A stretch of DNA of 59,440 bases, filler included. It is 4 parts of 4 records of this genome, joined end to end, with 100 filler letters (N's around TTAATTAATTAA, not from the genome) between each part and the next. Parts side by side here need not be neighbours in the genome. Positions count along the whole stretch, not along the records: positions 29,956 to 45,725 come from SRR20825019_24; 3 more parts are not named here. One strand, given 5' to 3'. Both the position numbers and the translations under genes were made by a program. The notes below the pieces were generated by a model. The model had not been told where the DNA came from. It searched no databases and saw nothing but the letters and a program-made list of their open reading frames with translations. Positions 29,958-39,558 of this stretch are shown here, in pieces; the first letter of the stretch is position 1; the number at the start of each line of letters is the position of its first letter.

Positions 29958-30932
29958 CATACCTGTGGCAACCCCGTACGCGTAGTGGCAGGTGGAGGCC
30001 CCAACTTGATCGGGGCGAACATGAGTGAAAAAAGACAGCATTTTCTCAAGGATTTTGACTGGATCAGAAAAGGATTGATGTTCGAGCCCCGTGGACACGA
30101 TATGATGAGCGGGAGCATTTTGCTTCCGCCGCATAATCCGGATAATGATTTTGCGATACTTTTTATTGAAACTTCAGGCTGTTTGCCCATGTGCGGACAT
30201 GGAACCATCGGGACCATTACCGTAGCAATAGAGGAGGGATTGATTGTTCCCAAAATACCGGGAAAAATTAAAATGGAAGCTCCAGCAGGCCTGGTAGAGA
30301 TTGAGTATCGCCAAACGAGCAAAAAAGTGGATTGGGTAAAATTGATCAATGTAAAATCCTATTTGGCCGCTGAAAGTTTGACCGTGGAGTGTCCAGAACT
30401 AGGCCAGATAACCTTTGACGTGTCCTACGGTGGAAACTACTACGCAATTGTGGATCCCCAAGAAAACTTTAAGGGCGTACATAATTTTACCGCTGGCCAA
30501 ATCATACATTATTCCCAAGTGGTGCGGAAGCGCATCAATGAAAAGTATCCCGACATGTTTGTGCATCCGGAAGATCCTACTATCAGGGATGTGAGCCATA
30601 TGCTTTGGACCGGAGACCCTTTGGACCCAACATCTTCGGGAAGAAATGCCGTTTTTTACGGGGATAAGGCCATAGATCGCTCTCCGTGCGGTACGGGAAC
30701 ATCGGCTCGTATGGCACAGCTATATGCTAAAGGAAAGTTGGGCGCGAACGAAAACTTTATTCATGAAAGTTTTATTGGGAGCAAGTTTATCGGAAGGATA
30801 GAGCAGGAGACCACCTTGGTAGGTAAAAAAGCCATTGTGCCAAGTATACAGGGGTGGGCACAGGTAACAGGCTATAATAATATCATTATAGATGACGATG
30901 ACCCATACGCCCATGGGTTCCAAGTACTGTAA
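29958..30932 (+). CDS. 4-hydroxyproline 2-epimerase (proline racemase family), 5' partial
   Basis: HTCGNP, EPRGH, MCGH and DRSPCGTG (two catalytic Cys). MMSGS has Ser where proline racemases have Phe. Confidence 0.88.
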   Translation, partial: HTCGNPVRVVAGGGPNLIGANMSEKRQHFLKDFDWIRKGLMFEPRGHDMMSGSILLPPHNPDNDFAILFIETSGCLPMCGHGTIGTITVAIEEGLIVPKIPGKIKMEAPAGLVEIEYRQTSKKVDWVKLINVKSYLAAESLTVECPELGQITFDVSYGGNYYAIVDPQENFKGVHNFTAGQIIHYSQVVRKRINEKYPDMFVHPEDPTIRDVSHMLWTGDPLDPTSSGRNAVFYGDKAIDRSPCGTGTSARMAQLYAKGKLGANENFIHESFIGSKFIGRIEQETTLVGKKAIVPSIQGWAQVTGYNNIIIDDDDPYAHGFQVL

Positions 30933-30946
30933 ATCAATTTTTCAGA

Positions 30947-32191
30947 ATGAAGAAAGTAATTGTTGTAGGGGGAGGAATCTCCGGGCTTTGTAGTGCATAT
31001 TATTTGGTGAAAGACGGGCATAAGGTCACCATTTTGGACCAAACCAATATGGATAGTGGAACATCGTATATCAATGCAGGATATATTACACCAAGTCATT
31101 TTGTTCCGTTGGCCGCTCCGGGGATAATCACCCAAGGCCTTAAATGGATGCTCAATAGTTCCAGCCCATTTTATATGAAGCCCAGGTGGGATATGGATTT
31201 CTTCAAATGGGCACTATTATTTAAAAAGTCTGCAACAGTTTCCAATGTTGAAAGAGCATTGCCCGTGCTCAAAGAACTCAATTTGAAAAGTAGGGCACTT
31301 TATGAAGAATTATTGGCCTGCCGTGAATTTGATTTTCATTACGAAAGAAAAGGGGTCTTAATGGCATATTGTAGCGAAAAATCTGAAAAGGAGGAGCATG
31401 AGGTGGCCGAAAAAGCCATAAAAGAAGGTTTGGAGGTTTCCATACTATCACAAGAAGATTTACGAAAAGTACAACCTGTACTATCCGACCAAGTAAAGGG
31501 AGCCGTTCATTACAAGTGTGATGCCCATATGACACCCAATCATTTTATGGAGGAACTAAAAACTTGGTTACAGGAACATGGAGTAGATTTTAAGTTGGGT
31601 CAAAAGGTTGAAAACGTTACCACGAAGGGGAAGCAAATAGTCTCGTTGACGACTCAGGATAGTAATTATGAGGCTGATGAGTTCGTATTGGCCAGTGGGA
31701 GCTGGACATCAAAACTTGCGAAAACAATGGGACTTAAAATTCCTATCCAGGGCGGCAAGGGCTACAGTATGGATGTTAGGAGGCCAACGGGAATAACCTT
31801 GCCCACTATTTTGGTGGATGCTAGAATGGCTATTACCCCGATGGATGGCTTTACCCGGTTTGCGGGTACGATGGAGTTTTCCGGCAATAACGAAACCATC
31901 AAGAAAGAACGTGTAGCGGCTTTGGCCAATGCCGTTAAGACCCACTATAGAGGTTTTACCATACTTCCAGAAGAACAAGATTGCGCTACCTCTGGACTGA
32001 GGCCGGTATCACCGGATGGATTGCCGTTTATTGGCAAAACCGCAAAATATAATAACCTGACTATAGCTTCAGGTCATGCTATGATGGGGTGGAGCCTGGG
32101 GCCAATAACAGGAAAGCTGGTGTCTCAAGAAGTGAATGGCTCAAAACCACTGATGGACATCGCCCCGCTCTCACCGGAAAGGTTTCATTAA
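30947..32191 (+). CDS. FAD-dependent D-amino-acid dehydrogenase (candidate D-hydroxyproline dehydrogenase)
   Basis: GGGISG FAD motif, S..NAG, GLRPVSPDGLP and GH.M.GW.LGP.TG; 14 bp after the epimerase. Confidence 0.88.
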   Translation: MKKVIVVGGGISGLCSAYYLVKDGHKVTILDQTNMDSGTSYINAGYITPSHFVPLAAPGIITQGLKWMLNSSSPFYMKPRWDMDFFKWALLFKKSATVSNVERALPVLKELNLKSRALYEELLACREFDFHYERKGVLMAYCSEKSEKEEHEVAEKAIKEGLEVSILSQEDLRKVQPVLSDQVKGAVHYKCDAHMTPNHFMEELKTWLQEHGVDFKLGQKVENVTTKGKQIVSLTTQDSNYEADEFVLASGSWTSKLAKTMGLKIPIQGGKGYSMDVRRPTGITLPTILVDARMAITPMDGFTRFAGTMEFSGNNETIKKERVAALANAVKTHYRGFTILPEEQDCATSGLRPVSPDGLPFIGKTAKYNNLTIASGHAMMGWSLGPITGKLVSQEVNGSKPLMDIAPLSPERFH

Positions 32192-32358
32192 AATTATTTT
32201 TTCCCACAGGTTTTCTTTTGCATTTTGGGAGTTTCTTAGTCAATTAATCGCTTTTTTACGCAGTAGTGAAGGCGTTAAGGGTAATATAGTATAAGTATCT
32301 GGTAATATGAATCGATATACAACCAGAGATTATCAATAGTTTTAGACTTATTTAAACT

Positions 32359-34632
32359 ATGAAATCTTTTGTCAAAAAAATAAGTGTATTTTTTATACTT
32401 ATAAATTTCGGTACATCATTTGCCCAAGGAACTTTAGCGGAATATCAAAAGGCGATTTCGCTGGATTCTTTATTTCGGGACAAGGTCACAAACTCGCCTA
32501 AAAATTTTCATTGGCAGGAAAATAACCTACTATGGTATGTAAACAATACCCCGGAAGGAAAAGAATACTTATGGGTAAATCCCTCGGAGAAAACCCAAGA
32601 AAAATGTTTTGACCATGCTGTATTGGCTAAATTGTTGTCCGAAAAATTTGAGAAAGATATAGATGTCAATCACATAGACATCAGCGAACTGGAATTTGAT
32701 GCCGATATGGCAGCGTTGAAATTCACTTTTGATGAAAAGATAGTTTCCTTTAATCCCAATCAGCAGGAATTAACAATTGTAGAGTCAAAAACTGAAGACC
32801 CAAAAAGAGATTGGGGCTATTGGGGCAGCAGGTTCGATGAGACCAATAATCCGCCAGTTATGTCTCCTGATTCCACCATGTTGGCGTTTATCAAAAATCA
32901 CAACCTATATATCAAAAATACCTCGACAGATGAAGAAACCCGGCTGAGCTATGATGGCGCTCCGGGTTTTTTCTATTCCACTTACATAAAATGGTCGCCG
33001 GATGGGAAAAAAATCATGGCATACAAGGTGCGTCCAGGAGATGAACGTAAAATATACTTTGTGGAATCCAGTCCAAAGGATCAGTTCCAGCCTAAATTGC
33101 AATCAAGGGATTATTTAAAGCCAGGGGATGAGCTTCCATTTAAAAGCCCACAATTGTTTTTGGTCGGTAAAAAGAAACATATCCAAGTTTCTGCCGACGA
33201 GTTTGGCCATCAATTCGGGCTCAACAACATAGAATGGAGAGAGGATAGTAGTGCCTTTACCTTTGAATACAATCAACGAGGTCATCAGGTCTATAAAGTA
33301 ATAGCGGTTGATGCAATTACTGGAGCGGTAAAAGTACTGGTAAATGAGGTCAGCAAAACCTTCATCGACTACAGCAGCAAAAAGTACAGGTACGATGTTG
33401 AGGATGGTAAGGAGATTATATGGACATCGGAAAGGGATGGGTGGAACCATATCTATTTGTACGATGGAGAAACGGGAAAAGTAAAAAAACAACTTACCAA
33501 AGGAGAATGGGTAGTTCGAAATGTCATTCATGTGGATGAAGAGAACAGAGAGGTGTACTTTACGGCCAGTGGAATGGATAAAGGGCAGGACCCATACTTC
33601 CTTCATTACTTTAAAATAGATTTTGATGGCAGGGACCTGACCCGATTCACGAAAGAAAATGGGAACCATAAGGTAACTTTCTCGGAAGACCATGAATATT
33701 ATGTAGATCAGTACTCCAGAGTGGATGCCCCGCCTGTAACGCTTTTAAAATTATCAACAAATGCCAAGACCTTAATGCAATTGCAAAAGGCCGACCATTC
33801 TGCATTGGTGGAAGAGGGATGGATGGCCCCTGAGGTTTTTACGGCCAAAGGCAGGGACGGCGTTACTGATATCTGGGGAGTCATTATAAGACCGACTTCT
33901 TTTGACCCCAACAAAACATACCCTGTAATCGAATATATTTATGCAGGGCCCCACAGCTCGTTTGTTCCCAAGGATTTTAGGTCGTACTACTGGTCCATGT
34001 CATCATTGGCGGAACTGGGATTCATTGTGGTACAGATAGATGGTATGGGGACTTCCAACCGCTCAAAAGCTTTTCACGATGTGTGCTGGAAAAACCTCAA
34101 AGATGGCGGTTTTCCCGATAGAAAAATTTGGATACGCGAAGCTGCCAAAAAATATCCGTATATGGATGCTGAAAACGTTGGGATTTTTGGGACCTCGGCA
34201 GGAGGCCAAAATGCAGCTGCAGCATTGGTCTTCAATTCTGATTTTTATGATGTGGCAGTATCCTCCTGCGGGTGCCACGACAATAGAATGGATAAGATTT
34301 GGTGGAACGAGCAGTTTATGGGCTATCCCATAGGGCCACATTATGCCGAGTGCTCCAATGTAGAAAATGCAGGTCAAATGGGTGGTGATTTAATGTTGAT
34401 ACTGGGAGAAGTGGACGATAACGTAGACCCCGCCAGCACCATGCAATTTGCCAATGCATTGATCAAGGCCAATAAAGATTTTGAACTTGTCACCATACCC
34501 GGCATGGGACATTCCTCCGGCGGGGAATTTGGCGAAAGGAAACGCAAGGACTTTTTTGTAAAACATTTGATGGATGTGGACCCGCCCTCATGGGAGGAAA
34601 TCTACAATCAGAAAAACAACATTGAACCATAG
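32359..34632 (+). CDS. S9 family peptidase (DPP IV-like), secreted
   Basis: Signal peptide; DPP IV N-terminal propeller (SERDGWNHIY); YAGP; GTSAGG nucleophile; DDNV; GH. Confidence 0.92.
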   Translation: MKSFVKKISVFFILINFGTSFAQGTLAEYQKAISLDSLFRDKVTNSPKNFHWQENNLLWYVNNTPEGKEYLWVNPSEKTQEKCFDHAVLAKLLSEKFEKDIDVNHIDISELEFDADMAALKFTFDEKIVSFNPNQQELTIVESKTEDPKRDWGYWGSRFDETNNPPVMSPDSTMLAFIKNHNLYIKNTSTDEETRLSYDGAPGFFYSTYIKWSPDGKKIMAYKVRPGDERKIYFVESSPKDQFQPKLQSRDYLKPGDELPFKSPQLFLVGKKKHIQVSADEFGHQFGLNNIEWREDSSAFTFEYNQRGHQVYKVIAVDAITGAVKVLVNEVSKTFIDYSSKKYRYDVEDGKEIIWTSERDGWNHIYLYDGETGKVKKQLTKGEWVVRNVIHVDEENREVYFTASGMDKGQDPYFLHYFKIDFDGRDLTRFTKENGNHKVTFSEDHEYYVDQYSRVDAPPVTLLKLSTNAKTLMQLQKADHSALVEEGWMAPEVFTAKGRDGVTDIWGVIIRPTSFDPNKTYPVIEYIYAGPHSSFVPKDFRSYYWSMSSLAELGFIVVQIDGMGTSNRSKAFHDVCWKNLKDGGFPDRKIWIREAAKKYPYMDAENVGIFGTSAGGQNAAAALVFNSDFYDVAVSSCGCHDNRMDKIWWNEQFMGYPIGPHYAECSNVENAGQMGGDLMLILGEVDDNVDPASTMQFANALIKANKDFELVTIPGMGHSSGGEFGERKRKDFFVKHLMDVDPPSWEEIYNQKNNIEP

Positions 34633-34663
34633 GTCAATAAAATTTAGGAGTAAACGAGTTATT

Positions 34664-37600
34664 ATGAATGTAAGTAAGTTTTTTGTCGGTGCAGTATTTT
34701 TTCTATTCACTGCCCAAATGAGTTTGGTGCACGCACAGAGTGGTAACCAGATTTTGGATGGAATTGGGGAGACCGGAATGATTTCCAGATATATTTTTGA
34801 TGGAGATGCCAAAGATTGGTCCAGAAATAATTTGCACGCAAGGGCTTATGGCGAAGTGGATTTTAAAGATGATGAGCAATTTAAAAAAGTACTTTCACTC
34901 CCAGGTGATGGTAAATCCTATATTTCCATTCCGGGTGAATCTGTGCAAAACGAGGAATCCATCAGCATTGCAACCTGGGTGAATTTTCAGTCGAAGGAAC
35001 CGGGACAGCTTCTTTTTGATTTTGGAAAAGACAATAGGACGCATTTTTTTGTTGCTCCATTCGGAACCAAAGAACAAGAAGGATTCCAAGCTCAGGTCAT
35101 ATTGGATGGCAAATCAGAATATGAGGTGCTTTCCACAGATGTGGAAATTGAAACGAATCAATGGGTCCATGTAGCCTTGATCTTTGACATTCCATCAAAG
35201 TCCATGAGTGTTTTTGTCAATGGACAAGAAGCCGGAAAGACTGAAAATGTGGAAATAGAATTGGAGGATTTGTTCACTCATGAGAATTTACTCTATTTAG
35301 GAAAGCCGATCGTATCTGGAAATCCTTATCTCAAAGCAAAGATCCACGATTTTAGGTTGTATAGGATTCCTTTGAGCAAAAAGCAGGTTTCAAGGATTCG
35401 ATATATTGCTCTTAAAGGTGGTGATGCTTTGGTAAGCCGGGAAAAACCCGAAGACAACTTGCAAAAATTCTCTTCTGATGCCCCTCAATTATACAATGAG
35501 TTCCTGACCGGAGTGTCCGATGTTGAGGTAGAAACGGAACTGGGCTATTTGCCGAGATTGCCACGCCATGTCAAAGGAACATATCGTGATGGAATCAAAG
35601 GGCCGGAGGTCAGGGTTCTATGGCCTTCTCCAACAGATAACAGCGAGGTAACCAAAACAGGGAGTTATGAAGTCACGGGCAAAGTTCCAGGTACAGATTT
35701 TAAGCCCAAGGCAAAAATTACGATAAAGCCAAAACAGGATATGAAAACGCCTGATATGACACTGGAAGTATTTGGATTAGATCAAGTAAGATTGGATTCG
35801 GATACTCATGGTCAACAGACAAAGTTTATAGAAAACAGGGATAAGTTTATCAATACATTGGCCGAGACCAATCCGGACTCCTTTTTATACATGTTCCGCA
35901 ACGCTTTTGGACAAGACCAGCCCGAAGGAGCCAAACCATTGGGTGTTTGGGACAGTCAGGAAACTAAATTAAGAGGGCATGCCACCGGCCATTATTTAAC
36001 GGCCATAGCCCAGGCGTATGCAAGTACTGGTTACGATGAGGAACTGCAGGCCAATTTTGCCAATAAAATGGATTATATGGTAGAGGTGCTATATAAATTA
36101 TCCCAAATGTCAGGAAAGCCTACCGAAGTTGGAGGAGAGCATGAATCGGATCCGACTAAAGTTCCACACGGTCCAGGAAAATCCACCTACGATTCGGATT
36201 TGAGCGAAAATGGTATTCGAACGGATTATTGGAACTGGGGAAAAGGGTTTATAAGCGCATACCCACCGGACCAGTTTATCATGCTGGAAAACGGAGCATC
36301 CTATGGTACCCAACCAACTCAAGTTTGGGCACCATATTACACTTTGCACAAAATATTGGCAGGTTTAATGGATATCTACGAGGTAAGTGGAAACAAGAAA
36401 GCTTTGGAAGTGGCCAAGGGAATGGGAGATTGGGTGTATGCCCGTTTGAGCCAATTGCCCACCGATACATTGATCAGTATGTGGAATAGCTATATTGCTG
36501 GGGAATTCGGTGGGATGAACGAGGCCATGGCCCGATTGGATAGGATAACCGATGAACCGAGATACCTCAAAGTCGCACAACTGTTTGACAACATCAAAAT
36601 GTTTTTTGGAGATGCGGAGCATTCCCACGGATTGGCCAAAAATGTCGATTCCTTCCGTGGATTGCATGCCAACCAGCATATACCACAGATCATGGGGGCG
36701 CTTGAAATCTATCGCGATTCCGAATCTCCGGAATACTACCGCGTAGCCGAAAACTTTTGGTACAAGGCAAAGCATGATTATATGTATAGTATTGGGGGCG
36801 TGGCCGGAGCAAGGAATCCCACGAATGCGGAATGTTTCATCGGCCAGCCTGCTACGTTATACGAAAATGGTTTTTCTGCAGGAGGACAAAATGAGACCTG
36901 TGCCACCTACAATATGCTAAAGCTGACTAAGAACTTATTCTTGTTCGACCAGCGAACGGAGCTCATGGATTATTACGAGCGTGGCCTGTACAACCATATC
37001 TTGGCATCGGTAGCTGAGGACAGCCCGGCGAATACCTATCATGTGCCATTGCGGCCAGGTTCCGTCAAAAGATTTGGAAATGCTGATATGACAGGATTTA
37101 CCTGTTGCAACGGTACGGCCTTGGAAAGTAGCACTAAGCTTCAAAACTCCATTTATTTTAAGAACAAGGACAATAGCGCACTATATGTAAACCTTTTTGT
37201 GCCATCAACCTTGGAGTGGACAGAGAAGAATATTGTCCTAGAGCAAAAGACGGATTTTCCCAAAGCGGATAACACCCAGTTAATAATTAAAGGCAAAGGA
37301 AAATTTGATTTGAACATACGTGTTCCACAGTGGGCAACCAAAGGATTTTATGTGAAAGTTAATGGTAAAGAGCAGAAGATAAAAGCAGAACCCGGTTCCT
37401 ACACCACCCTAAGCCGAAAATGGAACAATGGTGATGTTGTGGACATCAAGATGCCGTTCCAATTTCATTTAGACCCAGTAATGGACCAACAAAACATTGC
37501 AAGCCTTTTTTATGGACCGGTACTTTTGGTGGCTCAAGAACCCGAACCACGAAACGATTGGCGAAAAGTAACCTTGGATGCCAATAATATAGGCAGTACT

Positions 37601-37711
37601 ATCGAAGGAAACCCAAAAACATTGGAATTTACCATTGACGGAGTTGTTTTTAAACCATTCTATGAAACATACGGCCGCCATTCGGTGTATATGGATGTTA
37701 CACTAGAATAG
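34664..37711 (+). CDS. GH127/GH146-type beta-L-arabinofuranosidase with N-terminal LamG-like and Ig-like domains
   Basis: Signal peptide; WVHVA..IHDFRLY LamG domain; GH.TGHYL, PYYTLHKILAGL, EFGGMNE, HANQHIP, ETCATYN and TCC (Zn/Cys nucleophile motifs). Start MNVSK (34664). Confidence 0.88.
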   Translation: MNVSKFFVGAVFFLFTAQMSLVHAQSGNQILDGIGETGMISRYIFDGDAKDWSRNNLHARAYGEVDFKDDEQFKKVLSLPGDGKSYISIPGESVQNEESISIATWVNFQSKEPGQLLFDFGKDNRTHFFVAPFGTKEQEGFQAQVILDGKSEYEVLSTDVEIETNQWVHVALIFDIPSKSMSVFVNGQEAGKTENVEIELEDLFTHENLLYLGKPIVSGNPYLKAKIHDFRLYRIPLSKKQVSRIRYIALKGGDALVSREKPEDNLQKFSSDAPQLYNEFLTGVSDVEVETELGYLPRLPRHVKGTYRDGIKGPEVRVLWPSPTDNSEVTKTGSYEVTGKVPGTDFKPKAKITIKPKQDMKTPDMTLEVFGLDQVRLDSDTHGQQTKFIENRDKFINTLAETNPDSFLYMFRNAFGQDQPEGAKPLGVWDSQETKLRGHATGHYLTAIAQAYASTGYDEELQANFANKMDYMVEVLYKLSQMSGKPTEVGGEHESDPTKVPHGPGKSTYDSDLSENGIRTDYWNWGKGFISAYPPDQFIMLENGASYGTQPTQVWAPYYTLHKILAGLMDIYEVSGNKKALEVAKGMGDWVYARLSQLPTDTLISMWNSYIAGEFGGMNEAMARLDRITDEPRYLKVAQLFDNIKMFFGDAEHSHGLAKNVDSFRGLHANQHIPQIMGALEIYRDSESPEYYRVAENFWYKAKHDYMYSIGGVAGARNPTNAECFIGQPATLYENGFSAGGQNETCATYNMLKLTKNLFLFDQRTELMDYYERGLYNHILASVAEDSPANTYHVPLRPGSVKRFGNADMTGFTCCNGTALESSTKLQNSIYFKNKDNSALYVNLFVPSTLEWTEKNIVLEQKTDFPKADNTQLIIKGKGKFDLNIRVPQWATKGFYVKVNGKEQKIKAEPGSYTTLSRKWNNGDVVDIKMPFQFHLDPVMDQQNIASLFYGPVLLVAQEPEPRNDWRKVTLDANNIGSTIEGNPKTLEFTIDGVVFKPFYETYGRHSVYMDVTLE

Positions 37712-37787
37712 TAAGATGACCAGCAAAAATTAGAAAAACCAATCATTACCTTTAGAAGGATAAAGGAAGAAACTAAACTCGAACAAA

Positions 37788-39485
37788 ATGGATTTAAAAA
37801 GAATAGGAATCATAGCGGTAGCGTTGGTCAGTTCGTGCACCTTCGCGCAGAATAGTAAAATGGCTGATATCGTTACCGAATTTGAAGCGGATAACTGGGC
37901 CTTGAACCGGACTTATATCGTTCAAGAGTCCGAAGAGTACTATCAGCGGTTTTCCACGTTTTATAATCACTGGAACAAAAAGTTGTCCGCTGTTGATTTC
38001 AACTCTCTATCACAACAAGGAAAAGTCGATTACGTACTATTAAAGAACTTGGTGAATAAAGGAGAGTATTTTTTAAATCAAGATTATGATGCATTTAAGG
38101 AAGTTTCCGAAGTAAGCTCTTTTGCAAAGGATATTTTTCCGTTCATAAAAAATCGTAGAAGAGGCAAAAAGCCCGAATCAAAAGAGTTGGCACAAATATT
38201 TCAAGATGCTTCCCAAGCTATTGATTCGGAAATGGAATCATGGAAGGCCAAACCGTTTAAGGATTGGCAGACTGCTGATAAAGCTTCCCAACTTATCGTT
38301 TCGTTCCAGAAGGGACTGGAAGAGGCTTATAATTTTTACTACGGATATGACCCAGATTTTACCTGGTGGGTAGAAAAACCTTATAACAAATTAAATGAAA
38401 AGTTGACTGCTTACGCCGAGTTCCTAAAGGAAAATTATTCGGAAGGAAGCGTTAAGGATGATGGTAGCGGAATCATTGGAAAGCCCATTGGAGAAGAAGC
38501 ACTCAAAGAGAGCCTTGCCTTGGAATTTATTCCTTACACACCCGATGAACTAATTAAAACAGCGGAAGCACAATTTGAATGGTGCAAAAATGAAATGATT
38601 AAAGCGTCGCGGGAATTGGGATATGGCGATGATTGGAAAAAGGCGTTGGAGCATGTAAAGAATACCTACGTTCCTGCAGGAGAGCAGCCACAGGCCATTA
38701 TGGATCTGTATTCCCACTCTGTGGATTTTATAGAGGAAAGGGATTTGATCACATTGCCAGAACTTGCCAAGGAAACCTGGGGCATGAAAATGATGAGCCC
38801 AGAAAGACAAAAGGTCAGTCCGTTCTTTTTAGGGGGAAGGGATATCATCATCTCGTACCCGACCATGGAAATGGATCACGATGACAAATTGATGAGCATG
38901 CGGGGGAACAATCCCAATTTTTCATTTCCCACCGTCCAGCACGAATTGCTTCCCGGGCATAATCTTCAATATTTTATGACGAGCAGGAACAAAAGTTATA
39001 GAAGGCCTTTTTCCACACCTTTTTGGACCGAAGGGTGGGCTCTCTACTGGGAAATTATTCTTTGGAACAAAGATTTTCCTCAAACTCCAGAGCAAAAGCT
39101 CGGGATGCTATTTTGGAGAATCCATAGATGCGCTCGGATTATTTTCTCTCTCAAGTTCCATTTAGGAGAAATGACTTCCCAAGAGTGCATAGACCTTTTG
39201 GTTGATGAAGTGGGCCACGAGTATGCCAATGCGGAAGCAGAGGTGAGACGTTCGTTTACCACCAATTATCCCCCATTGTACCAACTGGCATACATGATGG
39301 GAGGTCTTCAGTTCTACGCTCTCAGGAATGAAATGTTGGACAAAGGATGGACGGAAAAGCAGTTCCACGATCAGGTGATGAAAGAAGGTAGAATGCCGGT
39401 TGAGGTATTGCGTGCTCTGTTGCAAGATCTTCCCTTGAACAAAAATTATAAAACAAAGTGGAAATTTTCCACGGCCTTCAAATAG
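37788..39485 (+). CDS. DUF885-family protein (zincin-like motif), exported
   Basis: HELLPGH, EGWALYWE, R..R.I, EV.R and Q..Y..G motifs; N-terminal signal. Confidence 0.82.
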   Translation: MDLKRIGIIAVALVSSCTFAQNSKMADIVTEFEADNWALNRTYIVQESEEYYQRFSTFYNHWNKKLSAVDFNSLSQQGKVDYVLLKNLVNKGEYFLNQDYDAFKEVSEVSSFAKDIFPFIKNRRRGKKPESKELAQIFQDASQAIDSEMESWKAKPFKDWQTADKASQLIVSFQKGLEEAYNFYYGYDPDFTWWVEKPYNKLNEKLTAYAEFLKENYSEGSVKDDGSGIIGKPIGEEALKESLALEFIPYTPDELIKTAEAQFEWCKNEMIKASRELGYGDDWKKALEHVKNTYVPAGEQPQAIMDLYSHSVDFIEERDLITLPELAKETWGMKMMSPERQKVSPFFLGGRDIIISYPTMEMDHDDKLMSMRGNNPNFSFPTVQHELLPGHNLQYFMTSRNKSYRRPFSTPFWTEGWALYWEIILWNKDFPQTPEQKLGMLFWRIHRCARIIFSLKFHLGEMTSQECIDLLVDEVGHEYANAEAEVRRSFTTNYPPLYQLAYMMGGLQFYALRNEMLDKGWTEKQFHDQVMKEGRMPVEVLRALLQDLPLNKNYKTKWKFSTAFK

Positions 39486-39558
39486 ATAAACACAACATAT
39501 TTCTTTAAGCAAGGGAGTTTTGGTCCAATCCTTCTCCCATAACCAAACTATCACTAGA

